From positions 1 through 54,084 of the IMG/VR virus record IMGVR_UViG_3300048686_000814: a DNA stretch of 54,084 nt; one strand, 5' to 3'. Shown here piece by piece: positions 40,209-48,124 of this stretch. Origin of the DNA: a virus (Duplodnaviria > Caudoviricetes). The translations under genes and the position numbers were made by a program. The stretch's first letter is position 1. Every line of letters starts with the position of its first letter. The notes beneath the pieces were generated by a model that was not told the origin of the DNA, ran no database searches, and saw only the letters and a program-made list of their open reading frames with translations.

Positions 40209-40469
40209 TTACTCTTGTTTTAAGATTTCGCTGCGTAATGCCTTGCGAAAAAGCTCACCTTTTTCCTCACTAAATAGTGGAATAAACAAGCTAGGTGCTA
40301 CTAGTATACTAATACAAATATATGTAATACTACTTAGAGTAGGACTACGAGTAAAAGTATTATCTATTCCTAGTTTTTTAGCTTCTTGGACTATGGGTAC
40401 GTAAAAAAATAACCAACAACATATACCTGTAGTTACTGCAAATACAAGGTATAATGTTAAGGCATCCAT
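40209..40469 (-). CDS. Two-TM membrane protein
   Basis: Two hydrophobic segments. Confidence 0.65.
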   Translation of the reverse strand: MDALTLYLVFAVTTGICCWLFFYVPIVQEAKKLGIDNTFTRSPTLSSITYICISILVAPSLFIPLFSEEKGELFRKALRSEILKQE

Positions 40470-40864
40470 ACGTGGCGACCATACCTATCATGCGCACGCG
40501 CACCAATTGAGAAATCTACTCTACTAGTTTGATTAACCTTAGTACCAGCTTTTGGCTTATTATAACTAGCAAGTGCTTCTAGTTGAATCTTATGATTGCT
40601 GTTAAACATATCACGGTTAACAAATCCTGCAAAGCTTTTGAATAGTTTAGCAATCTTAATATTTCCAGGAGTCCACTGTGGATCTTTGGGTGTAGCACGA
40701 CGATATTTAATAGCACTAGTAGCTTTTTCTGCTACTTTATCATTGGGATGTTGTTTTAAATGTTTTGCTAGTTTACGTTTACGATTGGTTTCCCATACTT
40801 TATTACTTTTATATCTTGACCAGTAATTTTGATCACTTTTACTGCTAGTTTTACCTTTGGCCAT
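40457..40864 (-). CDS. Basic hypothetical protein
   Basis: 135 aa, K/R-rich, with HLKQHPND. Confidence 0.65.
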   Translation of the reverse strand: MAKGKTSSKSDQNYWSRYKSNKVWETNRKRKLAKHLKQHPNDKVAEKATSAIKYRRATPKDPQWTPGNIKIAKLFKSFAGFVNRDMFNSNHKIQLEALASYNKPKAGTKVNQTSRVDFSIGARAHDRYGRHVWMP

Positions 40865-41074
40865 TTATACCTCAATATAATTAATCAATGATTCTTCACT
40901 ATCCCACAACCATTGCTGCAACTCATAGGCATTGTCAATACCTTCAGGTACATGATCATAATCTAAAAAATGTAACATTGCATCTAATGGGCTACTAGCC
41001 CATACTACTTCTAGGTCAATGCCATCATCTTGGGGGTGTTGAAAAGCTACCACATATTTCTTATCTTGTTCCAT
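40865..41074 (-). CDS. Acidic hypothetical protein
   Basis: SD aagga; first gene after a promoter. Confidence 0.65.
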   Translation of the reverse strand: MEQDKKYVVAFQHPQDDGIDLEVVWASSPLDAMLHFLDYDHVPEGIDNAYELQQWLWDSEESLINYIEV

Positions 41075-41101
41075 AGTCCTTTCCTTTATTATCGAATAAT
41101 T

Positions 41102-41130
41102 ATTATAGCAAAATACAACTACTGTGTCAA
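41102..41130 (-). promoter_or_regulatory. Consensus sigma70 promoter
   Basis: TTGACA-N17-TATAAT with extended TG. Confidence 0.85.
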
Positions 41131-41147
41131 TATAATTTTTTTACAAC

Positions 41148-41172
41148 AAAAAACCCAGCCTAAGCTGGGTTT
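41148..41172 (-). terminator. Terminator after the tRNA cluster
   Basis: aaacccagc-ttag-gctgggttttttg on the minus strand. Confidence 0.8.
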
Positions 41173-41178
41173 GGTGTT

Positions 41179-41257
<79 letters not shown>

Positions 41258-41258
41258 A

Positions 41259-41333
41259 TGGTACTCAATAACAGATTCGAACTGCTGACCCTGGCCGTGT
41301 AAAGGCCACGCTCTACCACTGAGCTAATTGAGT
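41259..41333 (-). tRNA. tRNA-Val(TAC)
   Basis: Cloverleaf; tggcc-TTTACAC-ggcca; TTCGAAT; CCA. Confidence 0.9.
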
Positions 41334-41339
41334 ATTTAT

Positions 41340-41849
41340 TTAAACCATTATTTTACTTACTGCGGTTATTACACTACTAATACGACCAATATCTCGCAAT
41401 TGTTCTACATTGTAGCCCGCCTTGCGTAGTGTATCGTAGTGTGCTTTTACACAAAATTCGCATTTACCTACTATACTAGCTGCTAAACTATATATCTCAA
41501 ATTTATCTTTAGTAGTACCGGCATGAGTACTAATAGCGTTCATACGTAGTTGAGCAGGTAAATTTTTTAATTGAATATCTTTACTCATTTCTACATATGG
41601 ATACCAAGTATTATTCATAGCCATAATACTAGCGGCTGTAATAGCTGCTTCAGCCTCTTTATTATCAGTCATCTCACTATGAATCCAAGTCCACAGTTTG
41701 TGGTGTCCAGTAGCAAAAGCTGCTGCTAATGCTACATATTCCGCTGTTTCTCCTAGTATACTGCGTTTAATAGTAGTATCTAGGTTTAGCTTAATATCCT
41801 TGGCATAATCTGGAATTTCACCTTTAAGGTTGTCTACCCACTGTGTCAC
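41340..41849 (-). CDS. ahpD: Alkylhydroperoxidase AhpD
   Basis: IPDYAKDIKLNL, MAMNN.WY, LRMN, SIVGKCEFCVKAH. Confidence 0.92.
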   Translation of the reverse strand: MTQWVDNLKGEIPDYAKDIKLNLDTTIKRSILGETAEYVALAAAFATGHHKLWTWIHSEMTDNKEAEAAITAASIMAMNNTWYPYVEMSKDIQLKNLPAQLRMNAISTHAGTTKDKFEIYSLAASIVGKCEFCVKAHYDTLRKAGYNVEQLRDIGRISSVITAVSKIMV

Positions 41850-42424
41850 AGTGTTGTTCCGCCTACAGCACGATTACATTGACAAAGTTCACCAGTTTGT
41901 AGTGCATCTAATACACGCAGTGTTTCTTCTGGACTGCGACCTACGTTAAGGTTATTTACTGTTACATGCTGAATAACATTATCAGGATCAACAATAAATG
42001 TAGCACGTAGTGCTGCACCTGCTGGTACGTAAAATACACCTAGTTGTTCAATTAAGCTAAGATTTTTATATCCGATGCCAAATGCATCTTCTTCAGTCCA
42101 CTCATTACTTCTGCGCTGTGTATCAGCAAATTGAACGTGTTTGATTTTGCCCAAATCTTGGTGACTACGCTGCCAAGCAAGTTTGCAAAACTCATTATCT
42201 GTGCTGCCTGTTAATAGTACAGCATCACGATCTGCAAAATCTTGAAATAGTTTGTCGTATGCTACAATTTCTGTGGGGCATACAAACGTAAAATCTTTGG
42301 GGTAATATACAACGACTTTCCACTTACCAGGAAAGCTAGTTTCAGTAATATCAAAAAATTGATCGCTGCCTGGATTAATACCAGTTACTAAGAATGGTTT
42401 TAGTTTATCGCCTACTGTTTTCAT
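41846..42424 (-). CDS. ahpC: Peroxiredoxin AhpC
   Basis: YPKDFTFVCPTE, RATFIVDP, VGR, LDALQTGELCQCN. True start is MKTVG (42424); the longer ORF call runs into a tRNA. Confidence 0.95.
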   Translation of the reverse strand: MKTVGDKLKPFLVTGINPGSDQFFDITETSFPGKWKVVVYYPKDFTFVCPTEIVAYDKLFQDFADRDAVLLTGSTDNEFCKLAWQRSHQDLGKIKHVQFADTQRRSNEWTEEDAFGIGYKNLSLIEQLGVFYVPAGAALRATFIVDPDNVIQHVTVNNLNVGRSPEETLRVLDALQTGELCQCNRAVGGTTL

Positions 42425-42441
42425 AATATCCTTGTGTTGTG

Positions 42442-42517
42442 TGGAGCGGCAAATCGGTCTCGAACCGACAACATCCTGCTTGGAAGGCAGGTGCTCTACC
42501 AATTGAGCTATTGCCGC
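42442..42517 (-). tRNA. tRNA-Gly(TCC)
   Basis: GCGGCAA..cctgc-CTTCCAA-gcagg..TTCGAGA..CTCCA. Confidence 0.93.
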
Positions 42518-42518
42518 A

Positions 42519-42594
<76 letters not shown>

Positions 42595-42687
42595 ACTTTA
42601 ATTAAATCTACTTTTATAAATTGGTATTCATCTAAATACCAACGAAGATACAGTTTAGGGTCGATTAGCTTAATGTACTCTAAACTA

Positions 42688-42894
42688 TCAGTCTGCCCAC
42701 TTATCTTCGTCTTCGTCTGTGTTGGTTTCAGTGTCTGCATAATCGCTCATTACAACAAGACTAACGCCAGTATGACTGGCTAGCTCTTCAACTAGAGCTG
42801 CAATTTTATGTAGGAGATCAACGTGATCATAGTGATCATCTCCATCACACTCAAAACTAACACTCATGCCCGCATGTTTAAACTCTAGTTCCAT
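42688..42894 (-). CDS. Acidic hypothetical protein
   Basis: SD gagga; 68 aa. Confidence 0.6.
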   Translation of the reverse strand: MELEFKHAGMSVSFECDGDDHYDHVDLLHKIAALVEELASHTGVSLVVMSDYADTETNTDEDEDKWAD

Positions 42895-42914
42895 AAATTC
42901 CTCTGTTTGTGTTG

Positions 42915-43235
42915 TTGGTGGCGGTTGTTGGCTAATAAGGTCAACCGCCTAAACCCCAGCCTAGCTTATGCAGCTAAGGCAAATACCTCATCGTTGGCAT
43001 TTATCTTATTTGCTTCTTTTACGGAGATCGCCTACCGAGTTGTCCACCGCAATACTCTTTACCCCGTCGAAACCGTGACTGGCCCATCAAAAGCACAATA
43101 CTAGCATATAAGCTAAATGGATCGATCCTTCCAACCACTGTCGATCACCCGTTGGGTAGGGTATTATGCTTTTGGTGGACCAGAGGGGAGTCGAACCCCT
43201 GTCCGCAGTACGTTTCTATTAGCTTCATACAACTA
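42915..43235 (-). ncRNA. ssrA: Circularly permuted (two-piece) tmRNA with tag ANDEVFALAA
   Basis: On the minus strand the acceptor piece (..GGACAGGGGTTCGACTCCCCTCTGGTCCACCA, CCA end at 43173) comes BEFORE the 5' piece GGGCCAGTCACGGTTTCGAC (starts 43085). The acceptor stem has G3-U70. The tag ORF gcc aac gat gag gta ttt gcc tta gct gca taa is at 42998-42966. Outer ends approximate. Confidence 0.9.
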
Positions 43236-43240
43236 TATTA

Positions 43241-43504
43241 CTACATCTTTCCAATTCTATCCTTAGCACGTTGTCGTTGTTCGCGCTCTTTTATTACTCC
43301 ATATTTATTTTCTAGCTCATCAATAATATTTTTCATATGTAAGTAGTGTTTATATATATTACCTATTTTGTTTTCAATATAAAAAGTTATACCAAAAGCT
43401 AATAATAGTATACATATAAAATTAATTCCCACTAATGCCGCTAAAATAATAAATTGTTCTTGTAAAGCATCGAATTGAATTATTAGTTTATCAATTATTT
43501 GCAT
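43241..43504 (-). CDS. Single-TM hypothetical protein
   Basis: 87 aa, between tRNA-Thr and the tmRNA. Confidence 0.6.
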   Translation of the reverse strand: MQIIDKLIIQFDALQEQFIILAALVGINFICILLLAFGITFYIENKIGNIYKHYLHMKNIIDELENKYGVIKEREQRQRAKDRIGKM

Positions 43505-43521
43505 TTTATATAAATTATATT

Positions 43522-43596
43522 TGGTGCTGAATATCGGATTCGAACTGATGACCTACCGCTTACAAGGCGGTTGCTCTACCACTGAGCTAATTCAGC
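43522..43596 (-). tRNA. tRNA-Thr(TGT)
   Basis: GCTGAAT..accgc-CTTGTAA-gcggt..TTCGAAT..CACCA. Confidence 0.92.
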
Positions 43597-43678
43597 AAAA
43601 ATAAATCTAGCTAGAAAGCCTAGCAAAAATGCTAATGCTACGGCTTCTAGTAATGTAAAAGGTTGACTATTATAAGCA

Positions 43679-43897
43679 TTAACTACTGATCTTTTGATGT
43701 TGACATAGTTCTTCAAAACAATCCCACAATTTATTAAATTTTACTTCATAAATGGTTTCTAAGCCAAGTAAATAATTTGCAATCTGATCTTTGGTTGGGT
43801 CACCCTCCAAGACTAATTCTTGCAAGTGTTTAATCTCGGTAGTAATTTCCCAGTTTTTTAGGATTAGCTGCTCTAGGTCAAATCTAGTATATTTCAT
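43679..43897 (-). CDS. Hypothetical protein
   Basis: RFDLEQLI..W..N.LLG..Y..KF..LW..FE pattern. Confidence 0.7.
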   Translation of the reverse strand: MKYTRFDLEQLILKNWEITTEIKHLQELVLEGDPTKDQIANYLLGLETIYEVKFNKLWDCFEELCQHQKISS

Positions 43898-44376
43898 CGG
43901 TTTAATATAAATTTTAGTCTGTCAGCTGCATAGCTTGCAGCAAAAGCATCTGGTTTGATTAAGGCTTCTACACTACAAGTACCACGAATATAGCCTATAG
44001 CTTGTTGCACTACTTGATTACTAGCATAGCACTCCTGTGGGTTAAGGTCTAGGTGTATTTCAACGTGACGATCCTCAATTACATCCTTTAGCTCTAAAAA
44101 GATTTCACTGACCTTATAAACTTCAGTCATCAATCTAATACTGGGTCTATTACGCTTTTGATCATAGTCACGTTCACGAACATGATAGCCAAATATTTTA
44201 CAGCCGTGTTTACCATCTATGTGTATTACTATAGCAACTGTATAATCAGCCCACCAAACCTTGTCTAGTCTAGTACGCTCACTGTCTGCGCCTAAGTAGA
44301 TTTTACTCTCTTGACTACTTTGCCGTATATAGTCTTTTACTTCGTTAATATCGAAAGGTTTCATTTTTATTCTCAT
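43894..44376 (-). CDS. RNase H-like YkuK-family protein
   Basis: KIYLGADS, RLMTEV, EIHLD.N, IKPDAFAASYAAD. Confidence 0.82.
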   Translation of the reverse strand: MRIKMKPFDINEVKDYIRQSSQESKIYLGADSERTRLDKVWWADYTVAIVIHIDGKHGCKIFGYHVRERDYDQKRNRPSIRLMTEVYKVSEIFLELKDVIEDRHVEIHLDLNPQECYASNQVVQQAIGYIRGTCSVEALIKPDAFAASYAADRLKFILNR

Positions 44377-44386
44377 AGCTTTTTAG

Positions 44387-44416
44387 TATAGCCAAGTAAT
44401 TTAATACTTGGCTATA
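44387..44416. other. Perfect 12-bp inverted repeat
   Basis: tatagccaagta-atttaa-tacttggctata. Confidence 0.6.
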
Positions 44417-44424
44417 GTAAAACT

Positions 44425-44646
44425 CTAGTCGTCGCCTTCAACCCTTACATATCTATAGTTTCTAGCTATTTCTTTAACCATTAGTTTAAAGTTCTCTCTA
44501 GACTCTATAAATTGTGTATATCCCTGAGCACCATTAGTTGCTAATGCCAATGCTGCTGCTCCCACGTCATCAACTCCACTCATTATAATGTCAAAATCTT
44601 GCGTATGTCGTTTACAATTTTGTGGATATACTTTTATACTGCTCAT
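44425..44646 (-). CDS. Hypothetical protein
   Basis: Start MSSIK; GAQGYTQFIESRE. Confidence 0.6.
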   Translation of the reverse strand: MSSIKVYPQNCKRHTQDFDIIMSGVDDVGAAALALATNGAQGYTQFIESRENFKLMVKEIARNYRYVRVEGDD

Positions 44647-44648
44647 TT

Positions 44649-45242
44649 TTACACCTGTGCCTGCCCTGTTATATGCCAACTGTCATTAAAAATTAGTGTT
44701 ACGGATTCGTATGGAGATTGTAATACTAGCTCATCACCGTCGTCAATCTTATCTCCATTTTGTGTTACAATATAGATCTTCTTGTTTCCAATCTGCTTTT
44801 GCTGTGCTTTGATTATAAGCATTTTGCCCTTAGGCGGATTTTGTGGTAGATATATTTCTATACTTTTTGTGTTGATGACTCCTATGTAACAATCTTCTGG
44901 TTGAATGTAATAACTTTCTGCAATAACTTTTGTTGGTAATATACAACTATTAGTTACTGGTTCACTGTTGCCACTAGGTCCCTGTATACCTTGTATGCCT
45001 TGTATGCCACTACCATCTTGTCCACTAGTACCTTGTACTCCCTCTGGGCCTTGGCTTCCAGTTAAACCTTGCGTACCTTGTGCAACTGCACTGCCACTTA
45101 TACCTTGTACACCTTGCGTGCCCTGCACTCCACCTTGATTTATTATTGTATCGTTATCACTAATTGTTCTAGTTTGTGGTAATATTGGTGGTGGTGTAAA
45201 AAACCAAGGCGGTGGTGGAAAGAAATATTGATTTTGATACAT
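44649..45242 (-). CDS. Pro-rich N-terminus, short GXQ collagen segment and C-terminal beta domain
   Basis: PPPPWFFTPPP; [11 protein letters not shown]..; DCYIGV..IYLP..GK..IIK..IDDG..SVTLIF..W. Confidence 0.7.
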   Translation of the reverse strand: MYQNQYFFPPPPWFFTPPPILPQTRTISDNDTIINQGGVQGTQGVQGISGSAVAQGTQGLTGSQGPEGVQGTSGQDGSGIQGIQGIQGPSGNSEPVTNSCILPTKVIAESYYIQPEDCYIGVINTKSIEIYLPQNPPKGKMLIIKAQQKQIGNKKIYIVTQNGDKIDDGDELVLQSPYESVTLIFNDSWHITGQAQV

Positions 45243-45260
45243 AGTAACCTCCAATAAAGC

Positions 45261-45285
45261 GCCCCACAGCTTTTGGCTGTGGGGC
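45261..45285. terminator. GC-rich hairpin
   Basis: gccccacagc-ttttg-gctgtggggc, after the 45302 gene. Confidence 0.6.
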
Positions 45286-45301
45286 TAACAAGTATTAAAA
45301 G

Positions 45302-46063
45302 TTATCTAATATTTGTGTTTGTGTTGGCTGGATTAGCAGTTTGTGTACCACTGCCAACATTAATTGCACTATTAGTGCTTTGAATATTTTGAGCAATGCC
45401 CCAGAGTAGATTATATAACTGGCCCCACTGCTGTTGCTGTTGCTGTTGCTGTTGCATTTGGTTGATGTTGTTAGTTGTGGTAACCTCAACGCCACGAGCT
45501 ACGCTGCCATTATCTAGCTTAGCTTGTAGTGCTATTACAGCTGCATTAGCATCTGTAAGTTGACGGTTTAGGGTCGCCTCATATTGTTGTACTAGCAGTG
45601 CACGAGTTTTATCGCCATCACTGCTAATATCCTTGCTTAGCTCATAGCGATTTTCCATGATTTGCTGCTGAACGCCGTTAAGTTGCTGTGCAAGTACCAT
45701 AGTACCAGCATTAACTGCTTCTTTAACGCTGTCAGTGCGACTGGCTAAACTGCTTGCTACATTATTAAGCTGAGTTGTTAAGCCCAGTGTTTGTGTAGCT
45801 TGACTAGCTTCCATAGCACTTGTGCCATTAGAAACACTCTTATCTACAGCTCCAATAGCTTGCATTAGGCTCATGTTAGCCTGTACTTGCTCAGGTGGAC
45901 TGCGTAGAGCTGCAGCAGCAGCTGCGTTACCATCGCCGCCAAATAGGTTGCCGTTGTTACGTAGTAGTGAACCTAGGATAAGGCCTCCAATAAGACCATT
46001 ACCACCAAATAGGCCATCACCACCACTCATCATCATACCAGCTGGTGTAATACTTTCTGCCAT
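45302..46063 (-). CDS. Gly-rich N-terminus / Gln-rich coiled-coil hypothetical protein
   Basis: SD aaggag before MAESIT; GGLILGSLL; DGDKTRALL; poly-Q. Confidence 0.75.
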   Translation of the reverse strand: MAESITPAGMMMSGGDGLFGGNGLIGGLILGSLLRNNGNLFGGDGNAAAAAALRSPPEQVQANMSLMQAIGAVDKSVSNGTSAMEASQATQTLGLTTQLNNVASSLASRTDSVKEAVNAGTMVLAQQLNGVQQQIMENRYELSKDISSDGDKTRALLVQQYEATLNRQLTDANAAVIALQAKLDNGSVARGVEVTTTNNINQMQQQQQQQQQWGQLYNLLWGIAQNIQSTNSAINVGSGTQTANPANTNTNIR

Positions 46064-46139
46064 TTTATTCTCCTTGTTGTTATAATTATAGCGGAGTTTA
46101 GGCAAGTAATACTGGCAGGTACTACTTGCCAGTTATAAG

Positions 46140-46421
46140 CTACTTAGGAGTAGCTTCAAAAGTTTCTGTACTAGTAATAGTTTTACTTACTATAAACGGT
46201 TTAGGGTCTGGTTGTTTAGGCTTAATTTCTGGAATAATACTTTTGTATTGATTCATATTTAATCTTACGCCATCTAGGGTAAGTTCACCTATTCGTTCGG
46301 CCATAAAGTGCAAGTCTTCGTCTGTAAGACTTTTTTCTTCGTGTATAAACTCAAATAGTCTTAATAGTAGTGGAACACTCATAAGACTATATCTATGTTC
46401 TATTTTTAATGACTCGTGCAT
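46140..46421 (-). CDS. Hypothetical protein
   Basis: SVPLLLRLFEF..E..DEDLH..AE pattern. Confidence 0.65.
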   Translation of the reverse strand: MHESLKIEHRYSLMSVPLLLRLFEFIHEEKSLTDEDLHFMAERIGELTLDGVRLNMNQYKSIIPEIKPKQPDPKPFIVSKTITSTETFEATPK

Positions 46422-46488
46422 TTTAAGTTTCCTTTATTGTTTTTATTATAAACCATAGTAAAATACTCTCAGCAAGAGCACTTTAGTA

Positions 46489-46566
46489 TGGCGATGCGTA
46501 TGGGATTTGAACCCATGATCTCTGCCGTGACAGGGCAGCGCATTTGGCCAGCTATGCTAACGCACC
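46489..46566 (-). tRNA. tRNA-Asp(GTC)
   Basis: GGTGCGT..ctgcc-CTGTCAC-ggcag..TTCAAAT..CGCCA. Confidence 0.9.
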
Positions 46567-46758
46567 TTAGTGTGGGGCTTCCATTTGGTCTAGTAAGTAA
46601 CTATAAACGCGATTACGACCACTACTAGTATGCCATAAGTCGTCTGGTATTTCTCCATCAAATGCACGATTAGGGCTGTTCCACCAACGATACACTAATT
46701 CATCACTACCTAATAGTGCTTTTAATATACTATTTGCTTTTTCGTCTATAGACCTCAT
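46567..46758 (-). CDS. Xre/MbcA/ParS antitoxin C-terminal (toxin-binding) domain protein
   Basis: MRSIDEKANSILKALLGSDELVYRWWNSPNRAFDGEIPDDLW..SSGRNRVYSYL matches the G..e....W...pN.a..g..P.dl....G...V...L pattern. Confidence 0.7.
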   Translation of the reverse strand: MRSIDEKANSILKALLGSDELVYRWWNSPNRAFDGEIPDDLWHTSSGRNRVYSYLLDQMEAPH

Positions 46759-46770
46759 ACTATTCCTTTT

Positions 46771-46854
46771 TGGTGCCCTAGGCGAGACTCGAACTCGCAC
46801 GCATCTCTGCACTGGCTTCTAAGACCAGCGTGGCTACCATTACACCACCAGGGC
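46771..46854 (-). tRNA. tRNA-Leu(TAG)
   Basis: ctggt-CTTAGAA-gccag, long variable arm, CCA. Confidence 0.9.
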
Positions 46855-46858
46855 AATT

Positions 46859-46943
46859 TGGTAGGGAAGACCGGAGTCGAACCGGTACGCCGTTAGGCGA
46901 CAGATTTTAAGTCTGTTGTGTCTACCTGTTTCACCACATCCCC
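46859..46943 (-). tRNA. tRNA-Leu(TAA)
   Basis: acaga-CTTAAAA-tctgt, long variable arm, CCA. Confidence 0.9.
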
Positions 46944-46947
46944 AGTA

Positions 46948-47163
46948 TTAAACTTCTATAGTGCCGCGACTGTGTATAATGTATACGCGATTATAGCTGC
47001 TGCGTAAATACTCAATATCACGAATACTGCAATATGGTCCAGATTCGATACGAAAGTCTTTACCCGAACGCCAATCTTGGATAATTTCTCCACGGGTTTG
47101 CATCCACCGTCTCCAGGGAGCTGGTGTTAAGTATAGGTTATCAAGTAGTTGCTCAACAGCCAT
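46948..47163 (-). CDS. Hypothetical protein
   Basis: LTPA..R....DW..GKDF....GPYCSIRD; first gene after a promoter. Confidence 0.7.
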   Translation of the reverse strand: MAVEQLLDNLYLTPAPWRRWMQTRGEIIQDWRSGKDFRIESGPYCSIRDIEYLRSSYNRVYIIHSRGTIEV

Positions 47164-47190
47164 TTACTTTCCTTTACCGAGTAAAATAAT

Positions 47191-47219
47191 ATTATACACT
47201 GTAAAGGAAAATAGTTCAA
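47191..47219 (-). promoter_or_regulatory. Sigma70-type promoter at the head of the tRNA region
   Basis: TTGAAC-N17-TATAAT. Confidence 0.75.
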
Positions 47220-47234
47220 CTGTAAATTTTTTAT

Positions 47235-47256
47235 TGCGAGCTGTTGCCAGCTCGCA
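47235..47256. terminator. Hairpin
   Basis: tgcgagctg-ttgc-cagctcgca. Confidence 0.55.
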
Positions 47257-47261
47257 TACTG

Positions 47262-47531
47262 CTATTTTCCGTTACTAGTACCCATAACATAAGCTTCCAT
47301 AGTTTTTGCCAAATCAATGGCTTCCTGTGGAGCATATATTTGTGGCATATAGGTTGTATAATTTTCTATTGGAATACCCTGCTTTAGTTTATATTCAAAA
47401 AACATTTTTGCAAATTTCTTTTGTGTGCGAAATTTACAGTCTAGGTATTCCATAGCTTCTTCTAGTAACTCTTCTCTTAATTCGTTTATATCTGCCATGC
47501 TGGCCCCTTTTTTATTTTTATTATCGGCCAC
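47262..47531 (-). CDS. Hypothetical protein (paralogue of 47681-47905)
   Basis: ELREELLEEAMEYLD..PQIY..E.I..AK....V. Confidence 0.65.
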   Translation of the reverse strand: MADNKNKKGASMADINELREELLEEAMEYLDCKFRTQKKFAKMFFEYKLKQGIPIENYTTYMPQIYAPQEAIDLAKTMEAYVMGTSNGK

Positions 47532-47535
47532 AGTA

Positions 47536-47703
47536 CTATGTCCAGCTATTTTTGTCAGTATAATAGTACCAGACTTTTTCTAGGTATTCTACGTCAGCCA
47601 TTGTTTGCGGGTTATGATCCTCTATAAACTTTTGTAGCGAGTAGGGCTGACTAAAATATTCTTGTACTCGCTGCCAAAGATCACTTACTATTGACAAAGC
47701 CAT
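47536..47703 (-). CDS. Small hypothetical protein
   Basis: MALSIV..LQKFIEDHNPQTMADVEYLEK.W. Confidence 0.6.
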   Translation of the reverse strand: MALSIVSDLWQRVQEYFSQPYSLQKFIEDHNPQTMADVEYLEKVWYYYTDKNSWT

Positions 47704-47905
47704 AGAGTTTTTTTGCTTGTTCAATAACGTCTTCAAAAGTGTACATCTTAGGAGCATATTCCTGATACTTTTGCATCATGTCCTGACCACTTTTAGCCAT
47801 TTCTTCAAAGGCTCGACGTGTAAACTCTGTGTTGACTTCAAACTGTTTGTCTAGATAATCCTTGCTCATTTTTAGTAGTTGAGCTCTGATTTCGAATGGA
47901 TTCAT
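47681..47905 (-). CDS. Hypothetical protein
   Basis: NPFEIRAQLLKMSKDYLD..PKMY..EDVIEQAKKLYGFV; SD ggag. Confidence 0.7.
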   Translation of the reverse strand: MNPFEIRAQLLKMSKDYLDKQFEVNTEFTRRAFEEMAKSGQDMMQKYQEYAPKMYTFEDVIEQAKKLYGFVNSK

Positions 47906-48023
47906 TATTATCTCCGTGATGTGTGTTTTGGTTAATTAACTTTCTAGCTTTGCGCCACTTACCACTACGTGTTAGCTGAGCTGCTAGTAGTGCTTCACAT
48001 ACTATGTGATACCAGCCTTTCAC
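47838..48023 (-). CDS. Small hypothetical protein
   Basis: GTGA-coupled to the upstream peptide; 3' end overlaps the next gene. Confidence 0.4.
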   Translation of the reverse strand: MKGWYHIVCEALLAAQLTRSGKWRKARKLINQNTHHGDNNESIRNQSSTTKNEQGLSRQTV

Positions 48024-48124
48024 TGCCAGCCTCTATAGCTTAAGTAACGTTTTGCCCTTGCCTGACCACTACGCTCTAGTGCTTGAAATATTTTGTTACA
48101 CCAGTAACATACTTTTTTAGTCAT
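48020..48124 (-). CDS. 34-aa peptide, absent from the ORF track
   Basis: GGAGG SD; MTKKVCYWCNKIFQALERSGQARAKRYLSYRGWQ. Confidence 0.55.
   Translation of the reverse strand: MTKKVCYWCNKIFQALERSGQARAKRYLSYRGWQ

Noticed and set aside
43575-43716. Possible TTG-start TM peptide (..QPFTLLEAVALAFLLGFLARFIF..)
   Set aside because: No clear SD, and it overlaps both the upstream gene and tRNA-Thr; insufficient support.
46082-46106. TTGCCT..TATAAT as a promoter for the 46063 gene
   Set aside because: The spacer is only 9 nt.
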